64,000 nt of DNA, taken from IMG/VR virus record IMGVR_UViG_3300029566_000004; one strand, 5' to 3'. Position 1 is the stretch's first letter, and every line of letters starts with the position of its first letter. Below the pieces are notes generated by a model. It did not search any database. It was not told the DNA's origin and was given only the letters and a program-made list of their open reading frames with translations. This document shows positions 58,388 through 64,000 of the stretch, piece by piece. Source of the DNA: a virus. Both the position numbers and the translations under genes were made by a program.

Positions 58388-61300
58388 CTTCCTCAGTTGT
58401 GCCTCCTTGATAACGAGTATCTTGTAAGATTAAATCTCCATTGCTTTTTACTTCGTTAATTTTATATAATTGATGTCCTACTGTGCTTGCATATTTCTTA
58501 CAAATGAAATTATCCCCTGAACGCATTCCATTTACAATTATCATATTACCACGCTTAAACCAAGAACGCTCAACTATATGTTTCTTGCCATCCGCTCCAC
58601 GTTCAGAAATCTGTCTATCAAATAATGCGAAATATTCTTTTCTAAACTTTACTTCAACAACGCCATCGGGAGTCAGCAAGGTTACTGTACTTTTTGTTTT
58701 ATTTCTATCAATACAAGTTCCTGCAATTTTCGTTAACTTAAAAAGTGGAATAGTTTTATTGCCACGATACCAATACTTATCAGCTTCTGGCTCTTCTGGT
58801 AAATCAAAGAAATCACTTAAACCATATTTTTCATTATTGATATTTAATAACTCGTGGTCATGATAATAAATACATGCAGCTTCCATTTCCCAATGTGAAA
58901 TTGTTCCGGACGCATATTTATCCCATTCTTCTTTGAACAAAATTGTATTTAACTTGAATAATAAATCTGATTTATTTTGCATCATCCAATGTCTAAATAT
59001 ATCCATTTCGCTTTGATATATCTTATCCCACTGTTTTGCATTCATTAAATCTCCATCAATTAATCTTTCCCAACCTTGACTAATTAAAAAATCAATTGCG
59101 CGCACGTCTAACCGATAATTTATATCTGATGCTTTCTCACGACATACTGCTTTGAGATAACGATTAAATTCATAAATGCGCAGACCGCGTTCCATCTTTT
59201 CATCATCTAATGGAACCAAATTGTATTTTAGTAATGTAGGGAAACTTGTTAAGTTCAAATTTGTCTTTGGCTCACAAGTTGTCCATAAATACCATGCCAT
59301 TGTAAACTTGCGGTCTTCTATACTATCAAAAGCTCCTGCTTTGATAAGTGAAATCATTGCTTGTTTTTTTGGATGTGCTCTATTTACAAAATCTTTTGGT
59401 GATGTATATGGACGATTCTCAATTATAACTTTGATAAAATCATCACCAACATTTACCAAATTCTTAAATCCCATTAAGATACAATTATTTTTTACATCAG
59501 GCGTAAAGCCATATTTTGAGGTATTAATATCAACTAACTTAACATCAATATCAGATGTTGTCAATTCACCAATAGCTTTTGCAATTTTACCATAATTAGT
59601 ACTTGCGCCACCGTCTTCATCAGTTGCACCGCTATTTACAATTAAACAAGCTGTATCCCAATATATTGAATTCCAATGAGTGGAAAGATAAATCATCTGT
59701 ACTCCAACAAATGAATACGGTAATGAATGATTTTTACTAAATGCATATCCAAGACTTGGTGCAATCGCTGTAAACCAAATATAATCTGCATAATGTGCGT
59801 CGCCCACATGCTCATATAATTGTTTACGCAAATCGGGAATTTTTTTCATTTGTTTCTTTGCAACAATTTTACGAGCTGCGTTTGCTTCTCCCAAAGTAAA
59901 CTTTGCAATATCTTCATCCATTAAAATTTCCATCATTTGCTCTTGAAGAGGAACTGTGCCATAATACGCATCACAATACTTATGAAACGCCGCACGCTGC
60001 TTATCATTTAATCCTCGAGTTAACATTTCCTCTTCAAACTCATTAGGATGTTCTTTTATACGAACATATCTATCCTGCTGTGGCTCTTTGCCTTTCTCAG
60101 ACATAAGACGCATCAACGCCGATGCCGCAGTCATCTCTAACATATTTTGCGGTTTGAGCTTTTTTGCTATCATCAAACCAACACCTGTTGCGAACTGGAA
60201 TACGTCGAGAATATCTCCCGCCGCAAGGTGATCCCAAAGTTCTTGATTAGTTACATCTATAACTTCTGGATGGAGATATTGATTATAAAATGTTCTCAAA
60301 TCAATATCTTCTATTTGTTTATCTTCCTTTAACATCTCATAACATTTGATAATTTTATCAGATGCTTCTGTTACAAGGAAGTCATACTTTGTATCACCAG
60401 CGGCTTCTGCCTCATGCAAATCCCAACAAGTTACTAAATCCCAACCAGGAGAACGCATAAATGATGCGGTTTCAAATGGGTTATCACCATACAAAATTAC
60501 ACCACTTGCATGTACTCCACGCTTATTGACAAGACCGCAAATATAAACTATGATATCTAATAAGCCAGGATATTTATTTACTTCCTCTAAGAAAGATGTA
60601 ACAGGTTTCCTATCTCTTTCTTCATTTCCATATATAACATCATTAATCTCCCATAAGAAACCACGCTCTTGTGGAATGAGAGAAGACATATATTGCGCTA
60701 TATCTACATCAATTCCATCGGGATATTCTTCACTTCTATATCCACGACAAGCAGTTTGGATTGCAGATTTAGTTGCTTCTGTACCAAATGTGACAACCTG
60801 CACAACACCAAATTCTCCGCGTTCTTCTCTTATCTTTTCAAAAATCAAAGGACGCTTACTTGGCGCAAGGTCAATATCAATATCAGGTAATTCCGCACGT
60901 TCTTTATTTAAAAACCTCCAGTATGGCAAGTCCCAACGAATCGGGTCAAGCTGGGTGATACCCAATAGATAATTAGATAAAAAACCTGTTGCTGAACCAC
61001 GACCGGGACCTACGATGCTACCGCACTCCCAAAATAAATTAATATAATGTTGGAATGTATTAAAATATGCAAATAGACAATCGTCTAACTTTTTTCCGAT
61101 ATCTTGAATAATATCAGCTTCAACGCAAATGCGGTCAATATAATTCCATTCCCACAAACCTTTTTCTATTAATCCTTCAAGACATTGATTAATCCAATAT
61201 CTCTCTTGAGGATTATCTGATGTTCCTAAATCTTGAATGATTTTCCATCGGCCCTTTAATTCATCGGCATAATCATTATTAACACCAAAATAATGATGAT

Positions 61301-62261
61301 ACTCACTTTTATCGTATTCTTTAACTTGAATCTTTGGAATAATCTGTTTGCGCTCAAGGCTAAACCATTGAATTTTTTTTTGCAGCTCTTGACTATTTTC
61401 AAACATCCAATCAATTACTGCCTCATCTTCAATGCTCTTTAACATTAATTCTTTGACTTCATCGGGAGACATTACATATGTATACTGATAGAACTTATCA
61501 GTTTCACGGTCGCCATCTTTAGAAGTCAAATACGCACGATGAATTGGTCTATCTTCTGGACGCAGATAATGAGCATCAGTACCAATAACCATAGGGATGC
61601 CCAATGCTTTACTTATCTTATATAAAGTTTGATTAACTAATATCTGTTCTTCATCTGTGCTTGGAGCGCACTCAATATAAAAATCAGAACCAAAAATATC
61701 TAAACAATAATTTAAGAAATTATTGATATTGTCATAATAAATCTTGGCGTTTTGATTATCTCCAACTGCTCTTGCCTTTGCCATCAATAAAGCATTAGAT
61801 GATAACTCACCACCAATACAAGCACTTGTTGCAATTACATGTCCAGGATTTTCTTTAATAATTCTCTTTAAATCTTCCTTTAAAGTTGGAACACGTTCCA
61901 GACGACCATATTCATATATGTTTGTCCATGCAAGTGAACTTAATTTTTTAAGTTGTGTATAACCGTCATTATCCTTTGCAATTAATATAAAGTGATAATA
62001 CTTTTGCTTCGGTTCTCTGGTCTCTGTAAGATAAATTTCATTACCTAACGCAATCGTAAAATCTGGGTCGGTTTCGCGCATCGCTTTCGCTAATTTATTA
62101 ACTGTCATATGCGCACAAAGAGCTTCGTGGTCCGTTATTGCCAAACCACTTAGCCCTAATTCTTTCGATGTTTTAATTAATGCTTCAGGTCGATTAATAC
62201 TATCAAGTAAGCGAAGATTTGAATACATTGTATGCGCATGGCAATTAAAGTATGTGTTCAT
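58374..62261 (-). CDS. dnaE: DNA polymerase III alpha-type replicase (DnaE-like, N-terminal PHP domain; 1295 aa)
   Basis: A single intact ORF with a GGGAGGAAG RBS. PHP motif (HAHTMYS...ITDHE). No TAG in 1295 codons. Confidence 0.8.
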   Translation of the reverse strand: MNTYFNCHAHTMYSNLRLLDSINRPEALIKTSKELGLSGLAITDHEALCAHMTVNKLAKAMRETDPDFTIALGNEIYLTETREPKQKYYHFILIAKDNDGYTQLKKLSSLAWTNIYEYGRLERVPTLKEDLKRIIKENPGHVIATSACIGGELSSNALLMAKARAVGDNQNAKIYYDNINNFLNYCLDIFGSDFYIECAPSTDEEQILVNQTLYKISKALGIPMVIGTDAHYLRPEDRPIHRAYLTSKDGDRETDKFYQYTYVMSPDEVKELMLKSIEDEAVIDWMFENSQELQKKIQWFSLERKQIIPKIQVKEYDKSEYHHYFGVNNDYADELKGRWKIIQDLGTSDNPQERYWINQCLEGLIEKGLWEWNYIDRICVEADIIQDIGKKLDDCLFAYFNTFQHYINLFWECGSIVGPGRGSATGFLSNYLLGITQLDPIRWDLPYWRFLNKERAELPDIDIDLAPSKRPLIFEKIREERGEFGVVQVVTFGTEATKSAIQTACRGYRSEEYPDGIDVDIAQYMSSLIPQERGFLWEINDVIYGNEERDRKPVTSFLEEVNKYPGLLDIIVYICGLVNKRGVHASGVILYGDNPFETASFMRSPGWDLVTCWDLHEAEAAGDTKYDFLVTEASDKIIKCYEMLKEDKQIEDIDLRTFYNQYLHPEVIDVTNQELWDHLAAGDILDVFQFATGVGLMIAKKLKPQNMLEMTAASALMRLMSEKGKEPQQDRYVRIKEHPNEFEEEMLTRGLNDKQRAAFHKYCDAYYGTVPLQEQMMEILMDEDIAKFTLGEANAARKIVAKKQMKKIPDLRKQLYEHVGDAHYADYIWFTAIAPSLGYAFSKNHSLPYSFVGVQMIYLSTHWNSIYWDTACLIVNSGATDEDGGASTNYGKIAKAIGELTTSDIDVKLVDINTSKYGFTPDVKNNCILMGFKNLVNVGDDFIKVIIENRPYTSPKDFVNRAHPKKQAMISLIKAGAFDSIEDRKFTMAWYLWTTCEPKTNLNLTSFPTLLKYNLVPLDDEKMERGLRIYEFNRYLKAVCREKASDINYRLDVRAIDFLISQGWERLIDGDLMNAKQWDKIYQSEMDIFRHWMMQNKSDLLFKLNTILFKEEWDKYASGTISHWEMEAACIYYHDHELLNINNEKYGLSDFFDLPEEPEADKYWYRGNKTIPLFKLTKIAGTCIDRNKTKSTVTLLTPDGVVEVKFRKEYFALFDRQISERGADGKKHIVERSWFKRGNMIIVNGMRSGDNFICKKYASTVGHQLYKINEVKSNGDLILQDTRYQGGTTEEDEEV

Positions 62262-62296
62262 TTCTTCCTCCCTTCATAATTTTATAATATTCTTAC

Positions 62297-62325
62297 TTTA
62301 TAAGTATACCATATATTTTTATCAA
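62297..62325 (-). promoter_or_regulatory. Possible promoter upstream of the polymerase gene
   Basis: On the minus strand, TTGATA (62325..62320), a 17-nt spacer, then TATAAA (62302..62297). Confidence 0.3.
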
Positions 62326-62327
62326 AA

Positions 62328-63520
62328 TCAATCATGCTTTACAATAACCAATTTATCAACGGCACGGGTAGCCGCAGTATAAAGCCAGCGCGCATGTTCA
62401 GTTTTATTAAATGGAAACTTTTCTTCCAGAACTAATACTTTATCCCACTCGCTACCTTGCGCTTTATGGCAAGTGATTGCATATCCATATGAAAACTCTT
62501 TTGGTAATAAATCTCCATAACGATTTTTTGCACGATTAAGCTTATATGCTAAACGCCAATCGCAACATTTTTCACCAGTTAAAAGCATAATGCGATCACC
62601 CATAACCGCAGGATAAATACTTCCATTAGCAACAAAATCAAAATTCAGAACATCAAATTTTTGTATAGGTTCGTTATAAATTAATTGACGGGGTAACTTT
62701 AACCATTCTTGGCTACTATTAGTTAATGTGCCGATTGTTCCATTTACTAATGCGTCACCATCATAGTTAATACTTTCCCAATAATTACGCAAACAAATAA
62801 CTTTATCTCCATCTTCTGGGTTAATACCTTTGCCCAGAAGTGCGCGAATATTATTATTCTGCGCAAGGCGTTGCATATTTGTACCAACGATAACTTGGTC
62901 ACCCCATAACAGCATCCCAGTATTTAAACTATGATTAGGCAATATCATTACATCATTACCTTTCCAATCATCCAATGTTGCGTTTTCACGAATTTTCATT
63001 GTAAGCTGAATGATTTCTGAGTCCATGGCCTGACGCACGATTTCATCAAGGAAAACATGCGGATGGTCAAGTAAATGATTATCTTCATCTGTATCTATTG
63101 GTGGCAGCTGAAATGGGTCGCCTAAACATATTACATAAACTTTATGCTTAAATAGCTGGTCCATAAGACTCTTTGGCACCATACTGACCTCATCAACTAC
63201 AACAATAGTAAAGCCAAGGGCGGGCTTAGGCTTATGCATAAAACCACCGGCAGGGCGAGGCACACTATCAAATAAAAGTCGATGCATTGTCATAGCATTA
63301 GGATTACCCTTTTTGCGCAAAACCTCGGCGGCTTTGCCAGTGAAACTGGCATACGCAATTTGTTCCGGAGCGACATCAAGAGCTTCAACTATAAATCGCA
63401 CAAGAGTTGATTTACCTGTTCCAGTTAAGCGTAGCCAGCAATTACGGTGTATTTTTCACCAGCGCGATGCCGAGCTACTGCTATTTTCAGTCCTTCTTCT
63501 TGACCTTTAGTCAAAATCAT
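62328..63520 (-). CDS. Dda/RecD-like SF1B DNA helicase; reading frame broken at the Walker A motif
   Basis: A GGAGGAAG RBS precedes the ATG at 63520. The first 31 codons read MILTKGQEEGLKIAVARHRAGEKYTVIAGYA, then TAA at 63427..63425. The rest (GTGKSTLVRFIVEAL..., 357-aa track ORF) is in the -1 frame. No TAG. Confidence 0.65.
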
Positions 63521-63571
63521 GACTTACTTCCTCCATTTCTTGAAGTTTTAAATTTTTTATTTTCTATAATC

Positions 63572-63600
63572 ATTATATCATAATTTATAAAATTTTTCAA
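63572..63600 (-). promoter_or_regulatory. Sigma-70/SigA-type promoter for the helicase-polymerase array
   Basis: On the minus strand, TTGAAA (63600..63595), a 17-nt spacer, then TATAAT (63577..63572), about 50 nt upstream of the helicase ATG. Confidence 0.6.
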
Positions 63601-63643
63601 CAATTGCTCGCAAAATTTCCAAAAGCATTTTTTAATTAGGTTT

Positions 63644-63676
63644 TCGGGTCTCGCATCCACTACCGGGCGGAGACCC
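63644..63676. other. GC-rich hairpin between the partial upstream gene and the helicase promoter
   Basis: CGGGTCTC and GAGACCCG form an 8-bp stem with a 17-nt loop. There is no downstream U-run on the minus strand. Confidence 0.4.
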
Positions 63677-63689
63677 GAACGGATACATT

Positions 63690-64000
63690 TTAGAAGTAAT
63701 AAGGCCAATTTCGTGTCACATAATAATCCTTAATTTCTACTTGTGGTTTTTCATATCCACCATAGTTATTAATTTTACATTCACCAATAATAGTAAGTTC
63801 ATGACCACCCATTGTGTCATGTAAATTTTCATATTCCTCGTCAGACACTTTAAATTTAATAAAACTTAAATCACCAAAACTAATATGAAGTGTATTTGCT
63901 TTATATAAATTTACATTATCCGCAGTTACATTAACATTTGTAATAGCGACTAGTGGTTCAGCTACGCCTTGGCCCCAATAATCATACAACGCACCAATGT
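63690..64000 (-). CDS. 3' end of a gene that continues beyond the window; possibly an OB-fold-like C-terminus
   Basis: The frame is open from the window edge to the TAA at 63690-63692. No start is visible inside the window, and the track's start is an internal TTG. Confidence 0.45.
   Translation of the reverse strand, partial: IGALYDYWGQGVAEPLVAITNVNVTADNVNLYKANTLHISFGDLSFIKFKVSDEEYENLHDTMGGHELTIIGECKINNYGGYEKPQVEIKDYYVTRNWPYYF

Noticed and set aside
58483-60972. Plus-strand ORFs inside the polymerase gene (58483-58863, 59176-59595, 60550-60972 and others). Also the antisense or off-frame ORFs inside scaffold, tube, capsid, tape-measure and nrdJ genes: 10087-10290, 10848-11260, 18558-18860, 18670-19107, 30847-31140 and 54219-54431.
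   Set aside because: These are shadow ORFs opposite to, or out of frame with, much longer well-supported genes. None has an RBS.
63517-63708. 63-aa minus-strand ORF from the track
   Set aside because: It spans the helicase RBS, the promoter and the GC hairpin. It has no RBS and a low-complexity product, so it is most likely non-coding.
63680-63715. Possible suppressor tRNA: the minus strand reads ...ACTTCTAAAAT..., a CTA triplet in a loop-like context, followed by TTCGGGT
   Set aside because: I could not build a 5-bp anticodon stem, a T-arm or an acceptor stem around it. The GC stem nearby is a simple 8-bp hairpin. The region also overlaps the end of a coding frame.
1-64000. Reassignment of TGA or TAA instead of, or in addition to, TAG
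   Set aside because: Every traced gene terminates cleanly at TAA or TGA directly before the next RBS and start. I found no frame that needs TGA or TAA read-through.

Overview
The window reads as one contiguous piece of a tailed, siphovirus-like phage genome. Its signals are low-GC Gram-positive in style: GGAGG ribosome binding sites, TTGACA/TATAAT-type promoters, and hairpin plus T-run terminators. Layout: (i) 1-1568 is a control region with a duplicated promoter/leader/small-gene unit, arrays of a 12-bp AT palindrome, and tandem ~37-bp repeats. (ii) 1569-49962 on the plus strand is a late module: two Zn-ribbon proteins, terL, portal, protease/scaffold, capsid, connector genes, tail tube, a 3372-codon tape measure, four very large tail/baseplate/fibre proteins and smaller fibre genes. 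(iii) 50011-64000 on the minus strand, convergent on a shared bidirectional terminator, holds holin, a membrane protein, RuvC-like resolvase, dUTPase, small unknowns, nrdJ, guanylate kinase, a DnaE-type polymerase, a Dda/RecD-like helicase and a partial gene. Main observation: TAG is not a stop here. Nearly all late genes are broken only by TAG in the supplied standard-code ORF track. They become long uninterrupted frames ending in TAA or TGA when TAG is read as sense. TAG falls on positions where the protein families usually have Gln. TAG use is mosaic. The replication and nucleotide-metabolism genes (about 3,500 codons) contain none, while the neighbouring resolvase, lysis and structural genes contain many, and the most abundant virion proteins almost avoid it. 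The window also carries four group I introns (terL, tail tube, two in nrdJ) and six homing-endonuclease-type ORFs. No suppressor tRNA or release-factor gene was recognisable in this window. All coordinates come from manual frame tracing, and intron boundaries are approximate unless stated otherwise.
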